Assembly (NCBI GenBank): GCA_951406725.2 | Contig: OX597829.1 | Coordinates: 42,656,001 to 42,720,000, forward strand | Direction: 5' to 3' | DNA: 64,000 nt | Source: Octopus vulgaris | Taxonomy: Eukaryota | Made by a program: the position numbers and the translations under genes | The notes under the pieces: model-generated | The model's input: only the letters and a program-made list of their open reading frames with translations | Database searches by the model: none | What the model was told of the DNA's origin: nothing | Part shown: in pieces, positions 43,131 to 57,078 of the stretch | Numbering within the stretch: position 1 is the stretch's first letter | How the letters are laid out: each line of letters begins with the position of its first letter

Positions 43131-44586
43131 TTTTCACTGCTATTTTGCAACATAAAATTTTGTACTTTTTCCAAAGACATGGTTTATTTGATTTGTATTT
43201 ATTTGTTTTAAAGTGTGTTGAATATCCTAACACACTCAGAAGAGGAAGTTTATAAATATCTGAATTATAAGAGACAAGTTGAATAATTGAATTCACTAAT
43301 GATGATTTATCTATCTTGACAAAAGGAACAGGCAATGTTTGTATTGACATTAAAGAATCCCGTCAGTCTCTTTAATGGAATTGAATTGGGCAAAGTACTA
43401 AATGTTAATCCACTACAAATGCCTCGCTGCTGTTACGCTAATTCAAAAGTGACGCACTGCAAACAGAAACATCAGAGCCAATGATTGTGCATCTTTTCAG
43501 AAAATCGAATCGATGATCAAAGCGGTTGTTAGCTCGCTCGTAATTAGCAGGCAAGGGATAGAGCTAAGAGCTTAAATATTCGCTCGGAAGGACGAGCTTA
43601 AGATTCCAATGTATTTCTAGACAAAAGACGAAAATCTGTTAGCAACATGTAATACTTTCAGCAAGAATCCGTCACCAAACTTGAAATATACATTCCGTTA
43701 CTTCAAGTCAGATTTACCTATTTAAGTTGGCTCTCCGCTTCAGCTTCAGCCTAAGTCGACTTCGTATGTCATCACATGAAAGATTCTGAAACCTACAGAA
43801 AGATTTCGGTACTTAATCCTTGAGAAGAGAATAAGAGTAAACACCATAAATGGATCCTAATGATTTCGATATGTTAACTACTTTTAACTATCGGAATATC
43901 GCAGAAAAATATTTTGAATATAATGTGAAATTTAGAACAGTCGGCTGATTCTAGTCTATTGTCGTCCATGAGACTTACGAATGTCAAGAAAGATTTAAGA
44001 TAGCAGGAATTTCTTGTGACAGAATTATTGAGGTGAATATTGATTTGGATTTAGGCAGCGAAGTATATTTGCATGGATTATATTAAACATTTAAATGCGG
44101 TAATATTCAAGTGAAGATGGTAACATTAACATGACCCTGTTATATTGAATAATGACACTGAATAGTTAAACGTACTCGCTTGTATATATACATCAATGCA
44201 TACATTCATGCATGCATACATACATACATATATGCACACATATATATCTATATGGATACATAACTACATATATACATGAGGACATACATGCGTACATACG
44301 TACATGCATGTATGTATGCATATAAACATATATATATATATTTGTGTATATATGTATACAAGCGTGAATATATATGTATACACACACAGAGATACGCAAA
44401 AACACACAGAGATATACACATATATATATATATATATACACACACATACATAATACTTACATATGAAAAGAGAGAAAGAGACAGCGGAAGAGAGAAAGAG
44501 GAAGAAAAAGAGGAAGAGAAATAGATAGAAGGATTACACGTGAGCTAACGAGTTGGCAGGGTGGGTACATAAATACATGGATAAGT

Positions 44587-44635
<49 letters not shown>

Positions 44636-44924
44636 TAGATAGATAGATAGGCAATTGGATTGATGGTGGGACACTTGGACATTACCTGTAAATATGTTTA
44701 CATATATATATCCAGACCCATAGGTCTACATAGAGAAGACAAACTCTCATACACTCACACACACATACACACACACACACACATATATATATATATGTAT
44801 GTACGTATATATATATGTATGTATGTATGTACGTGTGTATACATATATATATGTATGTATATATACATATACATTTATATATGTAAATATATACATATAT
44901 ACATTTGCACACACATATTACATC

Positions 44925-45395
44925 TCTTTTACTCTTTTACTTGTTTCAGTCATTTGACTGCGGTCATGCTGGAGCACCACCTCGAAAGGTTTTAGTCTAA
45001 TAAATCACTCCCAGGACTTATATATTTAAGCCTAGTACTTATTGTATCTGTCACTTTTACCGAAACGCTTAGTTACTCACGTAAACATACCATCATTGGT
45101 TGTCAAGTGGTGGTGAGGCACAAACATGGAGACAGACACCCTCACAGCCCCACACGTATATAATGTACTGTTCCATGATGGTAAGATTATGTCTATTTAA
45201 TATATATATATATATATATATATACATACATATATAATAAGCTTCTTTCAGTTTCCGTCTACCAAATCCTTTCAAAATGACTTGATCGGCCGGAGACTAC
45301 AGTAGAAGACACCTGTCCAAGGCGGGCACGCAGTGGAACTGAACCCAAAGTCATGTGGTTAGGAAGCAAGTTTTTTACGACGCAGCCATGCCTGT
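44925..45395 (-). mobile_element. SINE family B
   Basis: Tail, body, core and head on minus strand. Confidence 0.8.
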
Positions 45396-45396
45396 G

Positions 45397-45445
<49 letters not shown>

Positions 45446-45446
<1 letters not shown>

Positions 45447-46329
45447 TACTGTGTGAGGTGGGTAAATTGTCGCCATTTTATATTTTTAATTTCCCTCATG
45501 CGCATTGTTTGTTTTTGAGTCTGTCGATTACACAGTATAGTAGGGTCATTTGGGCACTGTTTGTGAGAAAAACCGCACCATGTCGCAATTCACTCTGCCA
45601 GAAATTTGGAAACGATATGCTGTCGGGCATTCGCTTGGGAAATTCCACTACAAACTGATGGTGTACACACAGAACAACATACATATATTTGTGTGTATAT
45701 ATATGTGTGTATGTTGGCTTGCCGTGTTTCCAAAACATGTACCGAGGGTGATAAAAAGCAAAAATTCAGTCAGCATCGTGGTGTTTGGACTGATCATTAG
45801 TGATGGCGACGTTATGCCTCAGTTCATCTTCCCACACGGCCTCAAACTCAACACGAAAGCCTACATCAACAGCCTGTAGGAGGTAGTGCTTTCCTGGCTC
45901 AAGAAGGTGGCTGCTGGAAGATCCTATGTCTGGCAACAGGACTCTGCACCATGCCACACATGCAGGAGAATCCAGTCATGGCTCTCAGACCATTTCTGCC
46001 ACCATATCACCCCTAACATCTGGCCTCCTAACTCCCCAGACTGCAATCCCCATGATTATTATGTGTGGGGTGCAGTTGAGAAAGAGACCTAAAAACTCCT
46101 TGTAACATCAAAGATAAACTGAAGGCAGCGTTGACCAACTTAAGCAAGGAGACCGTCCAGAAGATTTGCAAGAGATTCCAAAGTCATTGAAGCCAGTGGC
46201 GATTTTATTGAATTAAATTGCTCAAGGTATTTTTATGTAATTTTGGTAAATGTATCTGTTAAAAAGAGATGTCAGTGGTATTTTTATTTTTGCGTAATTT
46301 GGAGGACAATATATTCACCGCACCCTGTA
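45446..46329 (+). mobile_element. Internally deleted Tc1/mariner element, maT (DD37D) family
   Basis: YVWQQD-(37 aa)-DYYVWGAVE containing WPPNSPDCNP; imperfect termini TGTGTGAGGTGGGTAAATTGTC / GACAATATATTCACCGCACCCTG|TA. Confidence 0.85.
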
Positions 46330-46595
46330 CCCCCCACACACATGCATACATATTTCCACTCACAAATATATGTGAATACACACATATATATGAATATATT
46401 TATTGGCACACACATACACACACGCACGTATAGACACAAGCGCTCACACATATAGATACTCACACATTACACACGTTGAACCAACGTTGAACCCATTATT
46501 CGCAATATTACCGAATCTGGAACTTAACTACGGTCTGTCTATAGCACTTTTTCAGCATTACCTGACACCTTTGGGTCTCAATGACACCATTACCT

Positions 46596-46636
<41 letters not shown>

Positions 46637-47541
46637 GCATCATATATCCAGCTAGATAAGAAGGAAGGATGCGTATATTCAAACGGTTGTACAAAGTGCT
46701 GCTACTTTCCGCTCTAATCCTATATATTATACATCATATTGCTCCAATTTCATTTTCAGAATTAAGTATTTGAATCACTGTGTGAACGCAGTCGCATGAA
46801 AAATGTTTCTCTGTTTTTTTTGTACACGTCCTAAAGAATTCTAATATATCAGATAATATCTAATTACACGTAAGCTTTCACGAATGAAGATACAGAGAAT
46901 GTCCACCTAGAGAAGGACAAGACGAAGAACGTAGAATAAAGTCTTCTATTAAGGTAAAAATCTAAATTAAAGCTAATATATTGTTTAATTCTTTTTTTTT
47001 TTTTTTCGAAATACAAATAGATAGCGGCCATAATTTTCAATTTATACTTTCTCGGAAACTTGGCAACAGTCACTTATTCATTAACGAATATAGTTCTTGA
47101 CAAACCATTTTAGTTCTCATGAGTTTTAACGGCACGCACGATACACAATATATTCGTATGGTATTGTCGTGTTTCCGAAGTGCAAGATAAAAGAAGGAAC
47201 AAGTAAAATAAACATTTGTATTAAAAAAAAAAAAAATAAAAAAGAAACAGAACCAACAAGAAGATATCCATTAGCGATTTTCGCTACTACAACTCCGACA
47301 CTTTCCCCCCAATGTTTCCACCCTTTTTTAAAAAAATTCCCTTGGTGATACAATCAGCTAGTTTCCTTCCTTCCTTCCTTCCTTCCTTTCTTCCTTCCTT
47401 TATTTATTTATCTATTTTTTTTTTCCATTTACAGCTTCGGTAGTCAGGGAGACTGGAACGTGGGTAGGTGGTTAGCTGGATGGCTGAAAGGACATATATA
47501 TATATACATTTATGATGTATACATATATAATACATACATGC

Positions 47542-47622
<81 letters not shown>

Positions 47623-47868
47623 TATATGTGTATATATGTTTATATATTTATATCTTTATAAGTATACATGTATATATATATACACATATATATATGTATG
47701 TATATACATGCGTGTGTGTGTATGTTTTTTGTATATACATATATCTATATTATGTTGTGTATGGGAAATAATATACAAATACGTATATATTACATATACA
47801 TGTATATCTTCATAATGGAAAAGCTTTTGGGCGTAAGTTGAATATAGAAGGTAGAGTTGTGTTTATGA

Positions 47869-47903
<35 letters not shown>

Positions 47904-47962
47904 TATGGATCTGTATGTATGTGTTTGGGTGTGTACGTAAGAAGGAGACAGTGGGCATGTGA

Positions 47963-48004
<42 letters not shown>

Positions 48005-48362
48005 TGGCGGTTAACAATGGAGGGTCGTTGCAATGATCAGTAATTGTTGCTTGTAACAAACAAAAACAACAAAAACAAAAAAAACAAAACAAAATCCCAA
48101 TTTTTGTGTTCGTTGATCACGGAAGACTCAGGGGAATTACATTATGGCCGCTATTACAAAGATTTTTTCCTTTTTCTTCCTTCTTGTTCCTGAAAAAAAA
48201 AAAAACCAAAAAAAAAAAATAGATAACAAAGAAAATTGAAATATAAAAAAAAATGAGAAAAAAATAAAGACTGTCACCCTACGAAACTATACGATCTTGT
48301 TCAAACTAAACAAGCATCGAAAACATTGAATTTCGGGCTTGTAATTCTCTTCTCCCTTTTAT

Positions 48363-48652
<290 letters not shown>

Positions 48653-49449
48653 ACGAGAAGAAGATGGAGGAAGCACAAGCTAGAAGACTATGCGTAGAAA
48701 GATGGTTTTTCTCTCTTTCAATGCATTCGTTGTCGTACATATTCACAACAAAATATACAAATATAGCCGACAACAACCCGCTGCAATCACGTATACAATG
48801 GCGATCATGACGGCCACAACCACAATCCCGATCACCTCCACGACCAGGACGAGATGGTGGTAGTAGTAATAACAATGATGATGATGATGATGATGATGTT
48901 TGTCGTTGTTATTGCCAGTGCGTTGTGCTGTTGTTTAAACCCAGTTCATCCTAAATTAATCATAGTATAATCAAAAGACATTCCAACAATAACCAAACCA
49001 TTTTTTTTTTTGTATTCATATAACATGTATCCAGGACTGCATTGTCCAATGTATGCTTTCTTTTTCCTTTAAGATAAAACCTACCTTCAGCGGCCTCTTC
49101 AGTAATCTGCATCATGTACTGAGATGACTTCTTATTGGAAAGACAACAGTAATCCTTAATAACTATTAGTTATCTCCTGATAATCTATAAACTGATTTCA
49201 AAAGTTTAATCCAGCAATTTGATTGAACGGGGCAGCACTCATACAGTTTTCACGTAGTTTTACTCTCAACAGTTTTTAGATACTTTATATGTAGCAGGCC
49301 TGTTTTGTCTAGCTGCTGTCTAATCTCTCCATAGGCTAATGTGTCGTACTTCTCATGTGCAAGCTTGCTTCGTATTATAAAATTATATTCTTTATTCCCC
49401 TATGAGGCGTACTTCAATTTAACTGGTAAACTCCTTGACAATATTGATT

Positions 49450-49878
49450 TCAAATCTTTGGCACATGTCCAGCAAGTTCGGGCAAGAGGTTAAGACGATT
49501 ACACCAATGCTAGTGGTCGATTGGTACTTATTTTATCGACCCTGAGAGGACGAAAACTGAAGTAGACCTCGGCATAATTTGAACTCGGGACGTAAAACAG
49601 ACAAAATGCCGATAAATATTTTACTCGACGAGGTAACAAACGATTCTTATTTCTTTATTGCCCACAAGAGGCTAAACATAGAGGGGACAAACAAGGACAG
49701 ACAAAGTGATTAAGTCGATTAAATCGACCCCAGTGCGTAACTGGTACTTAATTTATCGACCCCGAAAGGATGAAAGGCAAAGTCGACCTCGGCGGAATTT
49801 GAACTCAGAACGTAACGGCAGACGAAATGCCGCTATGCATTTCGCCCGGCGTGTTAACGTTTCTGCCAGCTCGCCGCC
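49450..49878 (-). mobile_element. SINE-A young copy (49645-49878) adjoining an older variant
   Basis: Family-A motifs twice. Confidence 0.82.
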
Positions 49879-50089
49879 TTACTCCTCGATAATGTTGACG
49901 AGACTTTAACAATAGTTTGTTAAGGAAGAGTATAATTTTTGTTCATCAGTGGGGAGGGGGATGATTATAATGATTGTTCCTCTCTCTATGTTGTACACTA
50001 CTTTGTTTTGCTTTTAATTAGTTCTCAAAGGATAACAAACATGATAGGAATTAAATACTAACTTGTTTTACTATAGGAATATTCTTCAA

Positions 50090-50356
50090 AGGCGGGTGGG
50101 TGGACTGGCAGAATCGTTAGCACGCCGGGTGAAATGCTTAGCGTTATTTCGTCTGCCGTTACGTTCTGAGTTCAAATTCCGCCGAGGTCGACTTTGCCTT
50201 TCATCCTTTAGGGGTCGATTAAATAAGTACCAGTTACGCACTGGAGTCGATATAATCGACTTAATCCGTTTGTCTGTCCTTGTTTGTCCTCTCTATGTTT
50301 AACCCCTTGTGGGTAATAAAGAAATAGGTTTTTTCGCTCGTCGCTACGTTCTGAGT
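50090..50356 (+). mobile_element. SINE family A
   Basis: Full unit plus start of a second. Confidence 0.85.
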
Positions 50357-50688
50357 AGGTACATCATAGATATCCTTTTTCCCCAAGAGAAAGGAAATAA
50401 GACATTAGGAAGACTCAGTTTGATAGAAGTAACTATCTTAAAAAAGAGGCAGGGTAAAGGAAGACTTTAAACCATGGCGTTACTAGTTAAAGCGGCAAGA
50501 CACTAATAAAGTTAAGGTGCTAATTACAGAGAAAATCTATTAGGGGCACGATGGTGGAACGCTTATAAACAATATTGTTATGTTGTTCAAAAATAAAATT
50601 TAAGAATTACAAAATGATATCATAATTGATATTATAATTGATACATACATACCTTTTAGCTATTTTGATTGATTGATTGATTGAATCA

Positions 50689-51152
50689 CCTGAGCTACTA
50701 AGAGATACCGAAAGAGCTACGACTCTGCTCCCCAGAGCGATGACGAGAGAGATATTCTGTGATATACGTACGGAATATCCTAAAGAGATTTGGCACCAAA
50801 CTTTGGCATCGAAAGCTATAGCAGCTTCTAAATGGACGTCTCTGCAATGGTCCGAAAGTCCCCGTCATCCTATCTAGTGTGAGGAACATGTACTGCAATA
50901 TCTTGGGACTTGAGGGCCATCTGAGAGACTTACATGAAGTAGGTGTAGATGTTTTCAAGAAACGTCTAAAATCTCCTGTTCTCCACTGTCCCAGATGAAC
51001 CTACATCACGGCAAGAAACTCAAAAGAGGGCAGGAATAAAGAACTCGTTCCTTCACCAACAGCCAGTTACAAAAGAACGGCTATTGAAATGGTGATACCA
51101 CTGCCGGTGCTTCAGCATGGCCACAGCCTTGACGCTAAAACGCTTAAAAGAA
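50689..51152 (+). mobile_element. CR1-group LINE 3' fragment
   Basis: LSY*EIPKELRLCSPER*RERYSVIY (degenerate ERL..L.L.SLERRRER motif), DVFKKRL..VPDEP..NSFLHQ, then 3' UTR. Confidence 0.75.
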
Positions 51153-51170
51153 CACACATACACACATACG

Positions 51171-51400
51171 GTGAACTGGCAGAAACGTTAGCACGCCAGG
51201 CGAAATGCTTGGCGGTATTTCGTCTGCCGTTACGTTCTGAGTTCAAATTCCGCCCAGGTCGACTTCGCCTTTCATCCTTCCGGGGTCGATAAATTAAGTA
51301 CCAGTTACGCACTGGGGTCGATGTAATCAACTTAATCTGTTTGTCTGTCCTTGTTTGTCCTCTCTCTCTGTCTAGCCCCTTGTGGGCAATAAAGAAATAA
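51171..51400 (+). mobile_element. SINE family A
   Basis: Full unit. Confidence 0.85.
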
Positions 51401-51977
51401 GAATACACATACACACATACGTGAGTTATATAATATATATATATACACACATATATATGTATATATATATATCTATATATGTACATACATACACACACAC
51501 ACACATGTATGTGTGTGTATGTAAATATAAATATAAATATAGGTGTATGTATGCATATTAGGTACACTCTATTCTCTTCTGCCTTTTACATCTATTTGTC
51601 AATCTTGTCTGTGTTGTTTCTAAAATTGTATTTTTTTTAAAAAAAACAATTCATTATTCAATTTACTGAATTTCATTCGCCATTCAATATATTTCCATTT
51701 GTAATTGGTTTGATGTTTCATTTTGTGTTTTCCACTTTTTTTCGTTGTGTGTGTGTGTGTGTGTGTGTGTGACTTCACTATTTTAAGTATTCATCTTTTG
51801 CAACTACTGAAATACAATATGGGCAAATTAAACAGAAGATCGTATTAGCTTAAGCTGTGACATTGTAACTCTTAAACGATATTTGTACATCATGTGAGCG
51901 TGGTGAATAAATCAGGTGAGAAACAGCTTTCATAATAACGAACTACGGTGATGTGTCCTGATGTTACCGACGCTTTA

Positions 51978-52038
<61 letters not shown>

Positions 52039-52199
52039 ATGAATGCGTGTACACATAAAAAATATACATATACACATACATAATGATGTGTTTTAAATGC
52101 ATGACACGTTACTACATCTATGACTCGTTAAAGTATATTTCAATATTGCACACAAATTATAGGGTTGCGTATTAAAAAAAAAAAACGATAAACGTGGCC

Positions 52200-52491
52200 C
52201 TTTTCAAGCCTCACCAGGCACATGGGCCCGGTTTCCCGGTTTCTATGGCGTATGTGTTCCTCACAGCTGGACGGGACGCCAGTCCATCGCAGCGTTACTC
52301 AAGAAACAGGAAGTGACAGAAAGTTGTGGCGAAAGAGTACGACAGGGGTCGCCACCTCCCCCTGCCGGAGCTTCGTGGAGCTTTAGGTGTTTTCGCTCAA
52401 TAAACACACACAACGCCCGGTCTGGGAATCGAAACCGCAATCCTCCGACCGCGAGTCCGCTGCCCTAACCACTGGGCCATTGCGCCTCCAC
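52200..52491 (-). mobile_element. SINE family C
   Basis: Head and core as in 29499; tail of the 9912 type. Confidence 0.85.
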
Positions 52492-53174
52492 TCCAGGGTT
52501 GCGTATACTAGGAGTTAAAATTGAAATAACGACAGAAAATACTATTTCGATAATGTTGATAAAATGTTTTTATGTTTATAAAATTATAGAAACGAATTTA
52601 ATGGCGAGCACTTGACATTATTCACAAAGAAATGATATGATTTTCACACATATTGTCCTCCGTAAGGTGAATATTTCTTTCGAGACGATTTATGCTGCGT
52701 ATGTCTTTCCCTGTTCGTGTGTAGATGGAACGTAAATATGATTGTGCTGACCTATATTTCGGTCAACTCAGTTTAGTGCGCCTTAACTAAGTGATTCTCG
52801 TTTAAAAAGGCTTTGCGCACACCAGCAAACATACTACTTGCTGTTTTAGTACAAGAACAAGTTGTTAGTGGTCATGGACATTCACTCAGTATCCATAGCT
52901 GATTATGCTCAACGATGCAGAAATGCGTAGGTCTTATAGCCTGATAGCGTCTTTTAGAGCCCACCGGAATGTTTTTGATACGCATCGACTTGATACGTAT
53001 GTCTTGACATACGCTATGGACGATACGTTTCTGAAGCATATGTCTTTGCATGTCCGAGTGTTCACAAGCATGTTATATATAACTGTACTTACCTCTATTC
53101 CACACAGCAGGTGCCGCTTCTAGATTGCAGGTATCTATAAAAAAATGTACACATAATATATATATATATATATA

Positions 53175-53285
53175 GAATAAGTACTGGGCTTACAAAGAAT
53201 AAGTCCTGGGGTCGATTTGCTCGACTAAAGGCGGTGCTCCAGCATGGCCACAATCAAAGGACTGAAACAAGTAAAAGAGTAAAAA
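53175..53285 (+). mobile_element. SINE-B 3' fragment
   Basis: AGAATAAGTACTGGGCTTACAAAG..CTGAAACAAGTAAAAGAG. Confidence 0.8.
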
Positions 53286-53300
53286 AAAAGAGTATATGTA

Positions 53301-53378
<78 letters not shown>

Positions 53379-53929
53379 TATGTATATGTATACACACACA
53401 CATATATACATGTATATATACATATATATATATATATATGCCTGTGTGTGCATATATATGTATATGCTTATGTGTGTATATATATGTATATATATATATA
53501 TATATATACTCATGCATGGCCACAGTTTAGTGACTGAAACAAGTAAAAAGGTAAAAGATATGTGTGTGTGTGTGTGTAGCTTGGCGCTCTCGACATGTTC
53601 CTAAACGTGAGGGCCATTATAACATAGACTAAAATGAGTTACTCGTCTAACTAATTTTCGCCTTATTTCTAACAATGCTATGAACATAAGCGCATGTAGC
53701 GAACGTTATCAAATGAGCTGAAACATCCAATAATATCCAATGACTCGCTAAAACTCTTCGCACAATTTGAGGTTGTACATGGCGATCTCTAAGTAATGAT
53801 AAAATAAAAAAAACCAAGCTTTATTAAAGCTATTATAAATTATTGTAAACGTTGAACTAGATTAACTTTAATCATGAAGATTCACTCCATTAATTCAGTT
53901 ACAGAGCTACAATATGAAATTAAGCAAAA

Positions 53930-54900
53930 TTGGTTAAATCTTGTATGAAAGTGCGAACAGCAGTTTTCCCTCGTACACTGGTTACTTTTCGAAGAATACA
54001 TCTAATATCATATCTTTTTCTCCCTGATTCTTCTCTCGTAAAACAAATTATGGTAGCAGAGTACTGTGTAGAAAGCGCACTTCTTCCTCTAGCTTCTTTG
54101 CTTTCTATCAAAGTACTTCTCAATCACTGCCACCTGGTTTCTGTAATCTTGTTGAGGTTGTTACAAAGGAGTTCAAATGTGTGAGTTCTTTCTCTTGCTA
54201 CTGGCACTACTTTTGGGTTTTTAAATTCATTACATGTCTCTAGCACCAAGCGCGTGATTCTAAGCCACCAAGTGCTTTTGCTACCCTTTGAATTCGCAGA
54301 TGTATTTCTGCATCAAGTAGCCATTAACCTAAATCTGGTATCACTTGGTTAGATATAATCTAACCATTAGATTGTATTAACTCCGCATCAACTTCACCTT
54401 TCTTCTTTCAAAGGTTAGCTCAAAAATGTGATTACTGACAGTTGGTAATATTTCGCAATCAAACTGTCAGAAATTTATTGAATGCTTCTGGCCATATCGA
54501 CTTTCAAAGCAATGTTCTTGTAATTCTAGGTTATTTCGTCTCAAAATTCTTTGATATACCTTTGGTTGCCTTGAAATGCTTGTTTTTCCAAAAGTCCCTG
54601 CTACATTATTTATCTAGGCGAACTGTTTCATCTACGAGTTGTTTGAAAATTCCATGAAGGTAGAAAATTAGTTTGATATATCAAACAACACACTGATCCA
54701 CATGTTGAACTAAGCATACCATGCTTGCTGGTTTGTAAATTACTTCGACAGGAATGCAAATCTGAAACGTGTCGAGGTTCTGTAGATGCTGAACATTTCT
54801 AACCTCCATCAATATCTTAAATAAAATATTGAGTTCTTCGCAATATCTTTTCACTAGTGGCTTGCCTTGTAAGTGTCAGAAGATGTTCATTTTCCATCCC
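53930..54900 (-). mobile_element. Degenerate RTE RT fragment
   Basis: DAEIHLRIQRVAKALGGLESR motif at ~54240-54320; boundaries approximate. Confidence 0.55.
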
Positions 54901-55440
54901 GTTTTGATAAAATGCTTTAATGACCTGTTACGTTGCGCTTAGTTATCCATACATATAACAAGCATAGTCCCATTTCCCCCCACCCCCCAAGATTTACTAA
55001 TTGAGCAAGTCGTCTTCTTTGTTGATAACGATAGAGTATGTAATGACATCAGTTTGTACTTTGTCCCCATTTTTCTGATAATTTTCGTCATTAAAATAAG
55101 CAAGAAAAAGAGGCTTCCCTACATACAACAGACATTTAAAATTTTACATCAAATTTCATGTTCTTCAGGAAGACGTTTAGAAATATACACTACTTTGAAT
55201 TACTAGCAACTTTATTCTAATGGTGGATAAACAAATTTTGCGATGTGGACATATGGGAATCAATTTATGTATTATGATGTATCAATAATAAATATAATCA
55301 TTAATTATTCTTTCGACTTAAGAAACTTTTAGAAATGATGGTGTTTAAAAGTATTAAAGAATAATTTCAGGTTTATAAAATTTATAATTTAAGTACTTAT
55401 TGTAAATAATATGTCTAATATTCATAGATAAAAATAGGTG

Positions 55441-55486
<46 letters not shown>

Positions 55487-55489
55487 TGG

Positions 55490-56140
55490 TTGTCTACTCC
55501 TTATGCAGACGTTCACCACCTCCTGTACCTAAACCTTAGCACCATCATGGCATCTGATGTGGCTTTTAAAACTAGACAATATTCTGAAAAGACACCTACA
55601 TTAGATTGCATATTGGATTTGGACCACCAAGAGCTCCAGATAAGCTCTGATATTTGTGGATCTTAAAATGTATTTTGTGTTCTCCGTTAGATTTGCAAAC
55701 CTTTTGGCATACATTGCCCTCAAAGGTGTGCACAGACATATAGGCAGAATAGTTAGTGGAGGCAAAGACATCTGTGTTTGGAGTAAAATTAATCTATTTA
55801 ATGTTTAAAATGCGATGAAGGCATTTTTGGTAGAATTGTTCTAACATTTTAAAATGTCTTTCCTTACATGGTTCACAAGAATACTACAGGGATGGTAAGA
55901 CAAATGATTTGTAAAGAGCCAGCTTTGTATTGTTATTTACATGTCGCTAGCACCAAGCGCGTGATTCCAAGCCACCGAGTGCTTTTGCTGTCCTTTGAAT
56001 TCGCAGATGTATTTCTGTATCAAGATTTCCATAATTTTGTACAGAGCTTCCAAGGAAGAGGAACAAATCAACAACCTCAAGTAACTTACCTTTAACAAAA
56101 ATGTTAGCAGGCTTACAAACAGCACCACACGCAGGTTGAT
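55490..56140 (-). mobile_element. RTE LINE 3' RT fragment
   Basis: GKLLEVVDLFLFLGS..LDTEIHLRIQRTAKALGGLESRAW..LEQFYQKCLHRILNIK. Confidence 0.75.
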
Positions 56141-56169
56141 GCATTACAAATATATATATATATATATAT

Positions 56170-56242
<73 letters not shown>

Positions 56243-56287
56243 TCTGTCTATTTCTGTCTCTCTCTTTCTCTTTCCGTATATGTATGA

Positions 56288-56620
56288 AGGCGCATGGCTC
56301 AGTAGTCAGAGCGTCAGGCTCACAATCAGGAGGTAGTGAGTTCGATTCCCGGACCGGGCTGTGTGTTGTGTTCTTGAGCAAGACACTTTATTTCACATTG
56401 CTCCAGTTCATTCAGCTGTAGAAATGAAATGTGACATCACTGGTGCCAAGCTGTATCGGCCTTTACATTACCCTTGGATAACACTGGTGGCGGAGTAAGG
56501 GGTGTCTGGTATGCATGGGTGATTGGTGGTCTTCCATAAACAACTTTGCCCGGACTTGTGCCTCGGAGAGGAACTTTCTAGGTGCTATCCTATGGTCATT
56601 CATGACCGAAAGGGGTCTTT
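56288..56620 (+). mobile_element. SINE family C variant
   Basis: tRNA-like head, CTTGAGCAAGACACTT core, tail shared with 684-945. Confidence 0.82.
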
Positions 56621-56629
56621 ATACGCACG

Positions 56630-56693
<64 letters not shown>

Positions 56694-57078
56694 AAAGAGT
56701 GTCCAACAGTTATCTTACCGAAACATTAATACTTACCAATCTTGGGGAAGGTAACTTTTGAGCCACATAAATTTGTTTTGCAAGGTTCCTGATATGAAAT
56801 TGTGTATTGAAACAGATATTATAATATATTTTGAGATAGTGAATTTTTTTCTTGCCAAATAAACACACACATACTATATTCTCGTTCTTCACTCGTTTAT
56901 TATTGTTCTTATTTTATCTCATGTCCATTGTCTGGTAATCTTTCGTCACACATCTGTGACCACTTCAGCAACTCTTCCATCCAGGTGTATCTTCCTGTTC
57001 TGTTTAGTTCATTCTGTATGATAATAAAAAATCTACCAATCCACTGCCATTGTTTAGTCTGTACAGAATGCCTTAGAT

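Noticed and set aside
43300-44160. Non-repetitive stretch as a host exon
   Set aside because: No long ORF, recognisable motif or convincing splice pair.
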